A stretch of 64,000 nt of DNA from Burkholderiales bacterium. Its GTDB lineage: Bacteria > Pseudomonadota > Gammaproteobacteria > Burkholderiales > SG8-39. The notes beneath the pieces are model-generated. The model searched no databases and was not told where the DNA came from. It saw only the letters and a list, made by a program, of their open reading frames with translations. The first letter of the stretch is position 1. The number at the start of each line of letters is the position of its first letter. Location: assembly GCA_035286595.1 (NCBI GenBank), contig DATEDA010000069.1:10497-74496 (forward strand), given 5' to 3'. A program made the position numbers and the translations under genes. Shown here in pieces: positions 49,932 through 58,006 of this stretch.

Positions 49932-51446
49932 ATGTGCGGGATCATCGGCATAGGCGCGAAGACCCCGGTCAACCAACTGCTCTACGACGGGTTGCTGCTC
50001 CTGCAGCACCGCGGGCAGGACGCCGCCGGCATCGTTACCGCCGAGGGCGCGAAGTTCCACATGTACAAGGGCCCCGGGTACGTGCGCGACGTGTTCCGGA
50101 CGCGGGACATGCGCGCCCTCTCCGGCCACGTCGGCATCGCGCACTGCCGCTACCCGACGGCGGGTTCGGCGTTCGCGAGCGGCGAGGCGCAGCCGTTCTA
50201 CGTGAACTCGCCGTTCGGCATCGTGCTCGCGCACAACGGCAACCTGACGAACGCCGGTCAGCTGAAGCTGGAGATGTTCCGGACCGACCTCCGGCACATC
50301 AACACCAACTCCGACTCGGAGGTCCTGCTGAACGTGCTGGCGCACGAGCTCGAGCGCGCGGCGACCGGCCCGAAGGTCGATCCCGAGACGGTCTTCGCCG
50401 CCGTCGCGAACGTTCACCGCCGCTGCCGCGGGGCCTATGCGGTGGTCGCGATGATCGCCGGTTGCGGGCTGCTCGCGTTCCGCGATCCGTTCGGGATCCG
50501 GCCACTCGTGATCGGCAAGCGCGAGTCGAGCCGGGGAACCGAGTGGGCCATCGCTTCCGAGAGCGTGGCGCTCGACACTCCCGAGTTCAAGGTGGTGCGC
50601 GACGTCGCGCCCGGCGAGGCGATCCTGATCGACGAGGACTGCGCTTTCCACAGCCGCCAGTGCGCGGCCCGACCCGCGCTTTCGCCGTGCATCTTCGAGT
50701 ACGTCTACCTCGCCCGGCCCGACTCCCTGATGGACGGGGTGTCGGTCTACGAGGCGCGGCTCCACATGGGCGAGCACCTGGCGGCGAAGATCGCGCGCCA
50801 GTACCGGCATCTCGACGTGGACGTCGTCATTCCGGTCCCTGACACGAGCCGCCCGGCCGCGCTGCAGCTCGCGACGCGGCTCGGGCTCACCTACCGTGAG
50901 GGCTTCGTCAAGAACCGCTACGTCGGCCGCACGTTCATCATGCCCGGACAGACGATCCGCAAGCGATCGGTGCACCAGAAGCTGAACGCGATCGCGCTCG
51001 AGTTCAAGGGAAAGAACGTGCTGATCGTCGACGATTCGATCGTGCGCGGGACGACCAGCCGCGAGATCGTCCAGATGGCGCGCGAGGCCGGGGCCAACAA
51101 GGTGTTCTTCGCCTCGTCGGCGCCGCCGGTGCGATTCCCCAACGTCTACGGCATCGACATGCCGACCCGGAGCGAGCTCATCGCGACCGGGCGCACCGAC
51201 GACGAGATCGCCAGGCACATCGGCGCCGACGCCGTGATCTACCAGGATCTCGAGGCGCTCAAGGCCGCGGTGCGCGAGGCGAATCCACGGCTCGAGCGCT
51301 TCGAGGCCTCGTGCTTCGACGGCCACTACGTCACCGGCGACGTGACGAGCGAGTACCTCGCCGAAGTCGAGCAGCGGCGGGACGACAAGCGCCAGGAACG
51401 CCCCGACGAGATCGAGGCCGGCGAGGCCGATCTCAACCTCGCCTGA
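49932..51446 (+). CDS. purF: Amidophosphoribosyltransferase
   Basis: 504 aa. MCGIIGI (N-terminal nucleophile Cys), LQHRGQDAAG and PRTase motif VLIVDDSIVRGTT. Confidence 0.97.
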   Translation: MCGIIGIGAKTPVNQLLYDGLLLLQHRGQDAAGIVTAEGAKFHMYKGPGYVRDVFRTRDMRALSGHVGIAHCRYPTAGSAFASGEAQPFYVNSPFGIVLAHNGNLTNAGQLKLEMFRTDLRHINTNSDSEVLLNVLAHELERAATGPKVDPETVFAAVANVHRRCRGAYAVVAMIAGCGLLAFRDPFGIRPLVIGKRESSRGTEWAIASESVALDTPEFKVVRDVAPGEAILIDEDCAFHSRQCAARPALSPCIFEYVYLARPDSLMDGVSVYEARLHMGEHLAAKIARQYRHLDVDVVIPVPDTSRPAALQLATRLGLTYREGFVKNRYVGRTFIMPGQTIRKRSVHQKLNAIALEFKGKNVLIVDDSIVRGTTSREIVQMAREAGANKVFFASSAPPVRFPNVYGIDMPTRSELIATGRTDDEIARHIGADAVIYQDLEALKAAVREANPRLERFEASCFDGHYVTGDVTSEYLAEVEQRRDDKRQERPDEIEAGEADLNLA

Positions 51447-51493
51447 AGGGACGGCCGGTCCGCCGCCGCTCACCGGGGGCGCCGGGTCCCCGT

Positions 51494-51522
51494 TTGACAG
51501 CAGCGCCCTCGGCGGGTACCTT
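51494..51522 (+). promoter_or_regulatory. Candidate promoter for metZ: TTGACA, 17 nt spacer, TACCTT
   Basis: Perfect -35 at 51494-51499, a 17-nt spacer and a weak -10 TACCTT at 51517-51522. This would give a leader of about 130 nt. Confidence 0.3.
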
Positions 51523-51532
51523 CACACCCAGC

Positions 51533-51600
51533 GCCGATTTGATGCACAGCTTGCGGGCGCCGCCGGCCGAGGGCCGGCGAACAAATCCGGCTAAAGCGTG
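51533..51600 (+). promoter_or_regulatory. Candidate riboswitch aptamer (SAM-II-like H-type pseudoknot) in the metZ leader
   Basis: Stem GCCGATTTG (51533-41) pairs with CAAATC-CGGC (51582-91). Inside it is a perfect 8-bp hairpin CGCCGGCC gag GGCCGGCG (51561-79). Loop GCTT (51549-52) is complementary to the 3' tail AAGC within TAAAGCG (51594-97). The SAM-II assignment is from memory of the motif, not from a search. Confidence 0.35.
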
Positions 51601-51603
51601 GGC

Positions 51604-51646
51604 AACCCGCCTTGAGCTGCGCAAGCTAAGGCGGGTTTTCGTTTTC
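51604..51646 (+). terminator. Intrinsic terminator/attenuator immediately upstream of metZ
   Basis: AACCCGCCTT(G)AGCT gcgca AGCTAAGGCGGGTT followed by TTCGTTTTC. It ends 14 nt before the metZ ATG. An alternative pairing exists with 51548-55. Confidence 0.65.
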
Positions 51647-51659
51647 TCGGGCCTTGACC

Positions 51660-52835
51660 ATGGACGACCATTTCGATCTGGACACCCGCGCGGTGCGCGC
51701 CGGGACCCATCGCAGCCAGTTCAACGAGCACTCCGAGGCGCTCTATCTCACCTCGAGCTTCGTCTTCGAGAACGCGGCGCAGGCCGCGGCGCGCTTCGCG
51801 AACGAGGAACCGGGCTACGTCTACTCGCGGTTCAGCAACCCGACGGTGACGAGCTTCCAGGAGCGGCTCGCCGCGCTCGAGGGCGCTGAAAGCTGCGTGG
51901 CGACTGCCTCCGGCATGTCGGCGATCCTCGCGACCGTGATGGGGCTGATGAAGGGGGGCGAGCACATCGTCTCGTCGCCGAGCATCTTCGGCGCGACCGT
52001 GCAGCTCTTCACCACCGTGCTCGCGAAGTTCGGGGTGGAAACCAGCTTCGTCGAGAGCGTCGACCCGCGCGCCTGGCAGCGGGTGGTGCGGCCGACGACG
52101 CGGCTGCTGTTCCTCGAGACGCCCTCCAACCCGATCACCGAGGTGGCGGACATTCCGGCGCTCGCCGCGGTCGCGAAGCGCGCCGGCGCGCTGCTCGCGG
52201 TCGACAACTGTTTCTGCACGCCCGCGCTGCAGCTGCCGCTTGCGCTGGGCGCCGACCTCGTGATCCATTCCGCGACCAAGTATCTCGATGGGCAGGGCCG
52301 GGTGCTCGGCGGCGCGGTTCTCGGCCGGCGCGAGCTCATCATGGATGGCGTGTTCGGGTTTCTGCGCACCGCGGGTCCGAGCCTCTCGCCGTTCAATGCC
52401 TGGGTGCTGTTGAAGGGGTTGGAGACGCTGCGCATCCGGATGGAGGCGCAGTCGACCGCCGCGTGGGAGCTCGCGCGCTGGCTGGAGGGGCACCCGCGGG
52501 TCGAGCGCGTGTACTACCCGTGGCTCGAGTCCCACCCGCAGCACGCGCTCGCGAAGCGCCAGCAGCGCAGCGGTGGCGCGATCGTGTCGTTCGACGTGCG
52601 GGGCGGCAAGGCGATGGCCTGGCGGATCGTCGACGCGACCCGGCTGATCTCGATCACCGCGAACCTCGGCGACACGAAGACGACGATCACGCATCCGGCC
52701 TCGACCACGCACGGACGCATCAGCGCGGAGGCCCGGAAGGCGGCGGGGATCGGGGACGGCCTTCTCCGGGTCGCCGTCGGCCTCGAGTCGGTGGCGGACG
52801 TGAAGGCCGATCTGGCGCGCGGGCTGGACGCTTAG
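51660..52835 (+). CDS. metZ: O-succinylhomoserine sulfhydrylase
   Basis: Frame of ORF 51654..52835, whose track start is a TTG; ATG is at 51660. Motifs TRAVRAG, YSRFSNPT, SATKYLDGQG (the PLP-binding lysine) and a C-terminus LLRVAVGLE. Confidence 0.93.
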   Translation: MDDHFDLDTRAVRAGTHRSQFNEHSEALYLTSSFVFENAAQAAARFANEEPGYVYSRFSNPTVTSFQERLAALEGAESCVATASGMSAILATVMGLMKGGEHIVSSPSIFGATVQLFTTVLAKFGVETSFVESVDPRAWQRVVRPTTRLLFLETPSNPITEVADIPALAAVAKRAGALLAVDNCFCTPALQLPLALGADLVIHSATKYLDGQGRVLGGAVLGRRELIMDGVFGFLRTAGPSLSPFNAWVLLKGLETLRIRMEAQSTAAWELARWLEGHPRVERVYYPWLESHPQHALAKRQQRSGGAIVSFDVRGGKAMAWRIVDATRLISITANLGDTKTTITHPASTTHGRISAEARKAAGIGDGLLRVAVGLESVADVKADLARGLDA

Positions 52836-52843
52836 CCCAGGGG

Positions 52844-53569
52844 TCAGCTCAGCGGTATCGCGGCGCAGCCCTGAGCGTCGCAGCGTAGATAGCTGCCGCG
52901 CTCGTACCAGTCCGCAAGGACCCAACGCTCGCACGCGCGCCCGTCGACCACGTGCACGTGCCTGGCCGGGCGATGGGTGTGGCCATGGATCAGGCGCGGA
53001 TAGCCGTGCGCACGCAGCGCATTCTCGACGGCGCCCTCGTTCACGTCCATGATCGCCGGCGCCTTGATGCGCTTCTCCCCGGCGCTCACACGCTTCAATC
53101 CCCCGCCGATCGCCTCCCGGATGCCCCGCGGCAGCGCGAGGAAGGCACGGATCAGTCCCGGTCGTCGCACCCAGCTGCGGTAGCGCTGATACCTCACGTC
53201 GTCGGTGCAGAGCGTGTCGCCGTGCATGAGCAGCGTGCGCACGCCGAACAGCTCGCGCTCCACGGCGTCTGGAATGAGGGTCATCCCGGCTTGGGCGGCG
53301 GCCCTGGCGCTGACCAGGAAGTCCCGGTTGCCGTGCATGAGGAACACGTCGACGCCGCCGCCGGCGAGGTTGGCGAGGTGCGCGAAGAGATCGCGGTTGA
53401 ACGACTCGTCGGCGTCGTCGTCGCCGATCCAGTGCTCGAGCAGATCGCCCAGGATGTAGAGCGCGGCAGCAGCGCGCGCCTCCTCGCGGAGGAACCGCAA
53501 GAAGCGCTCGACGATCGCCGGCCGCTCGGGCGAGAGGTGCAGATCCGAGACGAAGAGCACCGGCTGCAC
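52844..53569 (-). CDS. lpxH: UDP-2,3-diacylglucosamine diphosphatase
   Basis: 241 aa with LFVSDLHL, ILGDLLEHWIGDDD, HGNRDFL and GHTHRP. Confidence 0.93.
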   Translation of the reverse strand: MQPVLFVSDLHLSPERPAIVERFLRFLREEARAAAALYILGDLLEHWIGDDDADESFNRDLFAHLANLAGGGVDVFLMHGNRDFLVSARAAAQAGMTLIPDAVERELFGVRTLLMHGDTLCTDDVRYQRYRSWVRRPGLIRAFLALPRGIREAIGGGLKRVSAGEKRIKAPAIMDVNEGAVENALRAHGYPRLIHGHTHRPARHVHVVDGRACERWVLADWYERGSYLRCDAQGCAAIPLS

Positions 53570-53586
53570 GCCGGCTCGCGCCGCGC

Positions 53587-54081
53587 TCAGCCGGCGACCT
53601 CCGTGCGCTCGATCACCACGTCCTCGAGCGGCACGTCCCCGTGCGCGCCGCGGCGTCCGGTCTTGACGCCCTTGATCCGGTCGACCACGTCCTGCCCCTC
53701 AACGACGCGGGCGAACACGCAGTAGCCCCACCCCTGGGGGGTGGGGACGGTATGGTCGAGAAAGCCGTTGTCGTTGACGTTGATGAAGAACTGGGCGGTC
53801 GCCGAGTGCGGGTCGGAGGTGCGCGCCATCGCGACCGTGTAGCGGGCGTTCTTGAGCCCGTTCGCGGCCTCATTCTTCACCGCCGTCTTGGTGGGCTTCT
53901 GCTTCATCCCCGGCTCGAAGCCTCCGCCCTGGATCATGAAGCCGTCGATCACGCGGTGGAAGACCGTGTTGGCGTAGTGCCCGCCCTCGACGTAGGCCAG
54001 GAAGTTCTTGACGGTCTCCGGCGCGCGCTGGGCGTCGAGCTCGAGGGTGATGGTGCCGAGATTGGTGTGCAGCTTGACCAC
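53587..54081 (-). CDS. ppiB: Peptidyl-prolyl cis-trans isomerase B (cytoplasmic cyclophilin)
   Basis: 164 aa with [15 protein letters not shown] and [10 protein letters not shown]. No signal peptide. Confidence 0.93.
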   Translation of the reverse strand: MVKLHTNLGTITLELDAQRAPETVKNFLAYVEGGHYANTVFHRVIDGFMIQGGGFEPGMKQKPTKTAVKNEAANGLKNARYTVAMARTSDPHSATAQFFINVNDNGFLDHTVPTPQGWGYCVFARVVEGQDVVDRIKGVKTGRRGAHGDVPLEDVVIERTEVAG

Positions 54082-54092
54082 GAGCGCCTCCG

Positions 54093-54665
54093 CTATCTCT
54101 TCGCCGCGACGATGGCCGCGGATTCGATGATCACCGGATCGCGCGGCACGTTCTGGTGCCCCCGGGCGTCCCCGGTCGGCAGCTTGGCGATCTTCTCGAC
54201 CACGTCCATTCCCGAGACGACCTTGCCGAAGACCGCGTAGCCGTAGCCCTGCGCCGTGGCCCCGCGGAAGTTGAGAAAGTCGTTGTCCTTGAGGTTGATG
54301 AAGAACTGCGCGCTCGCCGAGTGCGGATCCGGCGTACGCGCCATGGCGACGGTGCCGTAGTCGTTCTTCAGACCGTTCGCGGCCTCGTTCTCGACCGAGG
54401 CGCGGGTCGGCTTCTGCTGCAGGTCCTTGTTGAAGCCGCCGCCCTGGATCATGAAGCCGGGGATGACGCGGTGGAAGCTCGTGCCGTTGTAATGGCCGTC
54501 CTTCACGTACTGCAGGAAGTTCGCCACCGTCTTCGGCGCCTTGTCCGGGTAGAGCTCGATGACGATCGCACCGTGGTTGGTCCGGAGCTCGACCCGAGGG
54601 TCGGCGGCGAGCGCGGCGTGCGCGGTGGCGAGCGCGAGTCCGAGCGCAATGAGCAGGCTACGCAA
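54093..54665 (-). CDS. ppiA: Peptidyl-prolyl cis-trans isomerase A (periplasmic cyclophilin)
   Basis: 190 aa. Signal peptide [20 protein letters not shown], then [15 protein letters not shown]. Confidence 0.9.
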   Translation of the reverse strand: MRSLLIALGLALATAHAALAADPRVELRTNHGAIVIELYPDKAPKTVANFLQYVKDGHYNGTSFHRVIPGFMIQGGGFNKDLQQKPTRASVENEAANGLKNDYGTVAMARTPDPHSASAQFFINLKDNDFLNFRGATAQGYGYAVFGKVVSGMDVVEKIAKLPTGDARGHQNVPRDPVIIESAAIVAAKR

Positions 54666-54701
54666 GACGGTCTCCCTTCGGGGTCTGGTAGGTGGTGTGG
54701 G

Positions 54702-55262
54702 TCAGTTCCGCCGCGGCGGTGGCGCGGAGGCGGCGTCCGCGGCCCGCGGCTTCGGCGAGACGTTCATGAGGTCGCGCGACAGCGCGAGCTTGACGTGCAC
54801 GCCACGGTTGGCGGAGTCGAGCTTCGCCGCCTTCTCGTACGCCTGGCTCGCGAGCCGGGCGTAGACGTCGCCGAGGTTCTCATAGGCGGTGGCGTAGTCG
54901 GGCTTCACCCGGATCGCCGACTGGAGCATGTCGCGCGCCCGCTCGTACTCCCCGCGCGCCGCGTAGATGACCGCGAGGTTGTTGTACGGCTCCGCGAACT
55001 CGGGGTGGTCCTGGGTCAGCCCGAAGAACGCGTCAAGGGCCTCGTTGCTGCGGCCTTGCTCCGTGAGGATCACCCCCTTGAGGAACCGGCCGCGCGGATC
55101 CTTCGGGTTCTGTGCGAGGTGGCGGTCGACCGCCGCCGCGGCCGCGACCGTGTCGCCGCTGCGCAGCGCCGCGCGCACAGCCGCCAGCCCGTCGACCTGG
55201 GCGAGCGGCGCGCTGGACGCGACCACGCCGGCGAGGAAGACGAAGATGGGCGCGATGCGCAT
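54702..55262 (-). CDS. Secreted tetratricopeptide-repeat protein
   Basis: Frame of ORF 54702..55295. I prefer ATG 55262 (MRIAPIFVFLAGVVASSAPLA signal peptide). TPR repeats are present (AEPYNNLAVIYAARGEYERA..., YENLGDVYARLA). Confidence 0.8.
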   Translation of the reverse strand: MRIAPIFVFLAGVVASSAPLAQVDGLAAVRAALRSGDTVAAAAAVDRHLAQNPKDPRGRFLKGVILTEQGRSNEALDAFFGLTQDHPEFAEPYNNLAVIYAARGEYERARDMLQSAIRVKPDYATAYENLGDVYARLASQAYEKAAKLDSANRGVHVKLALSRDLMNVSPKPRAADAASAPPPRRN

Positions 55263-55368
55263 CGTGTGGGGTATACTCCAAGCGCTTGTTTGCACGGGAT
55301 TCTAACAAGAAGGCCGCCCCGGTTGGGCGTCGCCCCCGACCGCGATCCGTCGACCCCCGTCTTCGCCG

Positions 55369-56736
55369 GTGCTGAAGATCTTCGACACGCTCAGCCGGGC
55401 CAAGCGCGAGTTCGTGCCGATCGAGCCCGGGCGAGTCCGGATGTACGTCTGCGGCATGACGGTCTACGACTATTGCCACGTCGGGCACGCGCGGGTGCTG
55501 GTCGTCTTCGACGTCGTGCAGCGGTGGCTGCGGGCGAGCGGTTACGACGTCACCTACGTCCGGAACATCACCGACATCGACGACAAGATCATCCGCCGCG
55601 CGGCCGAGGCGGGCGAGCCGGTCGGCAGCCTTACCGGTCGATTTATCCGCTCCATGGACGAGGACGCCGCGCGGCTCGGCGTGCAGAAGCCCGATCACGA
55701 GCCGCGCGCCACCCGGTACATCCCCCCCATGCTCGGAATGATCGGCGAGCTCGAGCGGCGAGGACTCGCCTATCGCACCGGGAGCGGGGACGTGAATTAC
55801 GCGGTGCGCAAGTTTCCCGGCTACGGGAAGCTGTCGGGAAAGTCGCTGGACGAGCTGCGCGCGGGCGAGCGCGTGGAGGTCGATCCCGACAAGCACGACC
55901 CGCTCGACTTCGTCCTGTGGAAGCGGTCGAAGGAAGGCGAGCCGTCCTGGCCATCGCCGTTCGGGGCCGGCCGGCCCGGGTGGCACATCGAGTGCTCGGC
56001 GATGAGCACGGCGCTGCTCGGAAAGCATTTCGACATTCACGGCGGGGGCGAGGACCTGCAGTTTCCCCACCACGAGAACGAGATCGCGCAGTCGGAGGGC
56101 GCGCACGGCGGCACCTTCGTGAACTACTGGATGCACAACGGCTTCGTGCGCGTCGACGAGGAGAAGATGTCCAAGTCGCTCGGCAACTTCTTCACCGTTC
56201 GCGTGGTGCTGGAGAAGTACGACGCCGAGGTGGTGCGCTTTTTCATCCTGCGGGCGCACTACCGCAGCCCGCTCAACTATTCCGACCAGCACCTCGAGGA
56301 GGCGAAGAGCGGGCTGGCGCGGCTCTACACGGCGCTCAAGGGCGTGGACAACGCGCCCGCGGCGATCGACTGGTCGGAGGGGCATGCGGTGCGCTTCCGC
56401 GCCGCGATGGACGACGACTTCAACACCCCGGAGGCGATCGCCGCCCTCTTCGATCTTGCGAGCGAGATCAACCGGACCGGTTCCGCCCCGCTCGCGGTCC
56501 TGCTCAAGGGGCTCGGTGGCGTCCTCGGGCTACTCGAGCGCCCTGCGCAAGTGTTTCTCAGGGGTGACCTGCCCGCGGGATGGACAGTCACGCGGATCGA
56601 ATCGCTGATCGCGGCGCGCAACGCCGCGCGGAAGGCGAAGGACTTTGCCGAGGCCGACCGGATCCGGAAGGAACTGCTGGACGCAGGAATCGTGCTCGAG
56701 GATACGCCCCAGGGCACGACCTGGCGGCGCGGGTGA
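55369..56736 (+). CDS. cysS: Cysteine--tRNA ligase
   Basis: 455 aa. HIGH motif [16 protein letters not shown] and KMSKS motif. GTG start. Confidence 0.97.
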   Translation: MLKIFDTLSRAKREFVPIEPGRVRMYVCGMTVYDYCHVGHARVLVVFDVVQRWLRASGYDVTYVRNITDIDDKIIRRAAEAGEPVGSLTGRFIRSMDEDAARLGVQKPDHEPRATRYIPPMLGMIGELERRGLAYRTGSGDVNYAVRKFPGYGKLSGKSLDELRAGERVEVDPDKHDPLDFVLWKRSKEGEPSWPSPFGAGRPGWHIECSAMSTALLGKHFDIHGGGEDLQFPHHENEIAQSEGAHGGTFVNYWMHNGFVRVDEEKMSKSLGNFFTVRVVLEKYDAEVVRFFILRAHYRSPLNYSDQHLEEAKSGLARLYTALKGVDNAPAAIDWSEGHAVRFRAAMDDDFNTPEAIAALFDLASEINRTGSAPLAVLLKGLGGVLGLLERPAQVFLRGDLPAGWTVTRIESLIAARNAARKAKDFAEADRIRKELLDAGIVLEDTPQGTTWRRG

Positions 56737-56767
56737 GGGGCGGGCTCCCGCCCCTCCCAGCGATTCG

Positions 56768-57889
56768 TTACTCTCGGAACGCGAGGTCGCGGCCGAGAAT
56801 CGACAGGCTGACGAAGCTCGAGCCGTTGTGGTTCGTCGGCGAGAACGCGACGATGTAGCCGCCGACGTCGACGTTCACTCCGTCCAGGGCTCGCAAGAGC
56901 CCCTCACGGGTCGGCTGCGGCCCGGCGCGCCGGAGCCCGTCGACGAGCACTTTGGCGGCGATGTAGGACTCCAGCGAGGAGTACGAGAACTCCTTCTTGC
57001 CGAACGCCGCCTCCATCGCCGCCTGGTACTCCCTCACGACCGGCACCGCGCGACGCAGGTAGGACGGCGTGACCTGGGACATGGCCACGCCCAGCCCGTC
57101 GCCGCCCAGCGAGTTGGCGAGCGCGGTCGACCCGGCGAACGACGTGCTGACGAACTGTGCGCCAACGCCATGCTTCTTCATCAGCTTGATGAAGTCCGCG
57201 GAGGTCTTGTAGAGCGTCGTGAGGATGACGACATCGGGACCGGCCTTCGCGACCGCCGCCACTTCCTTGGCGAAGTCGGTCTGCTTGCGGGTGACCTTCG
57301 CGACGGCGACGGGGCTCAGGTTGCGCGACTTCAGCGCCCGGTCGACGGCGTTGAAGTTCTCGTTGCCGATCACGTCGTCGTAGTGGAGCACCGCGAACTT
57401 CTTGATGCCGAAGGTCGTGTAGTGCTCGACGATCTTCTCCAGCTCGTCGGCGTAGCTCGCGCGGTGGTTGTAGACGTAGCGGTTGAACTTCCGCATCGGA
57501 TCGGCACCGGTGAACGGCGCGAAGAACGTGATCTTCGCCGCCTCGACGTGCGGCAGCGCCGGGCGGCTGAGCGTCGCGCTCGCGTACCCGAACAGGGCGA
57601 TCGGGTTGTTCTGCTCGAGGAGCTGCCTGGTGTTCGCCTCCGCCCGTTTGGTGTCGTTCGCGTCGTCGAGCGTGACGAGCTCGATCTTGCGGCCGTTGAT
57701 GCCGCCCGCGTCGTTGACCTTCTTGAAGTACGCGAGCGCGCCCTGTCGGATGTCGGTGCCGAGCTCCTTGTTGCTTCCGGTGAGCGGCGTGGACTGCCCG
57801 ATGACGATGGCGTTTTGGGCCAGCGCCGCGACTGGCACGGCGACGCCGGCCATGCACAGCGCCACGATCAGCGAACGGACGATTCTCAT
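56768..57889 (-). CDS. ABC-type periplasmic substrate-binding protein (LivK / branched-chain amino acid-binding family)
   Basis: 373 aa. Signal peptide MRIVRSLIVALCMAGVAVPVAALA and a type I periplasmic binding fold pattern (IVIGQSTPLTGSNKELG). GGGGGAG SD. No permease or ATPase genes are adjacent. Confidence 0.88.
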   Translation of the reverse strand: MRIVRSLIVALCMAGVAVPVAALAQNAIVIGQSTPLTGSNKELGTDIRQGALAYFKKVNDAGGINGRKIELVTLDDANDTKRAEANTRQLLEQNNPIALFGYASATLSRPALPHVEAAKITFFAPFTGADPMRKFNRYVYNHRASYADELEKIVEHYTTFGIKKFAVLHYDDVIGNENFNAVDRALKSRNLSPVAVAKVTRKQTDFAKEVAAVAKAGPDVVILTTLYKTSADFIKLMKKHGVGAQFVSTSFAGSTALANSLGGDGLGVAMSQVTPSYLRRAVPVVREYQAAMEAAFGKKEFSYSSLESYIAAKVLVDGLRRAGPQPTREGLLRALDGVNVDVGGYIVAFSPTNHNGSSFVSLSILGRDLAFRE

Positions 57890-58006
57890 CGCTCCCCCGG
57901 TGTTGTTTAAGTGGATGATAACCGACGAAATATCGCCGATTGTAGAGGGAGTCGCCAGGGAATACTTCCGGCCGGCCCGGCGGGTGACGGCGGCGGCGGT
58001 ACTACG

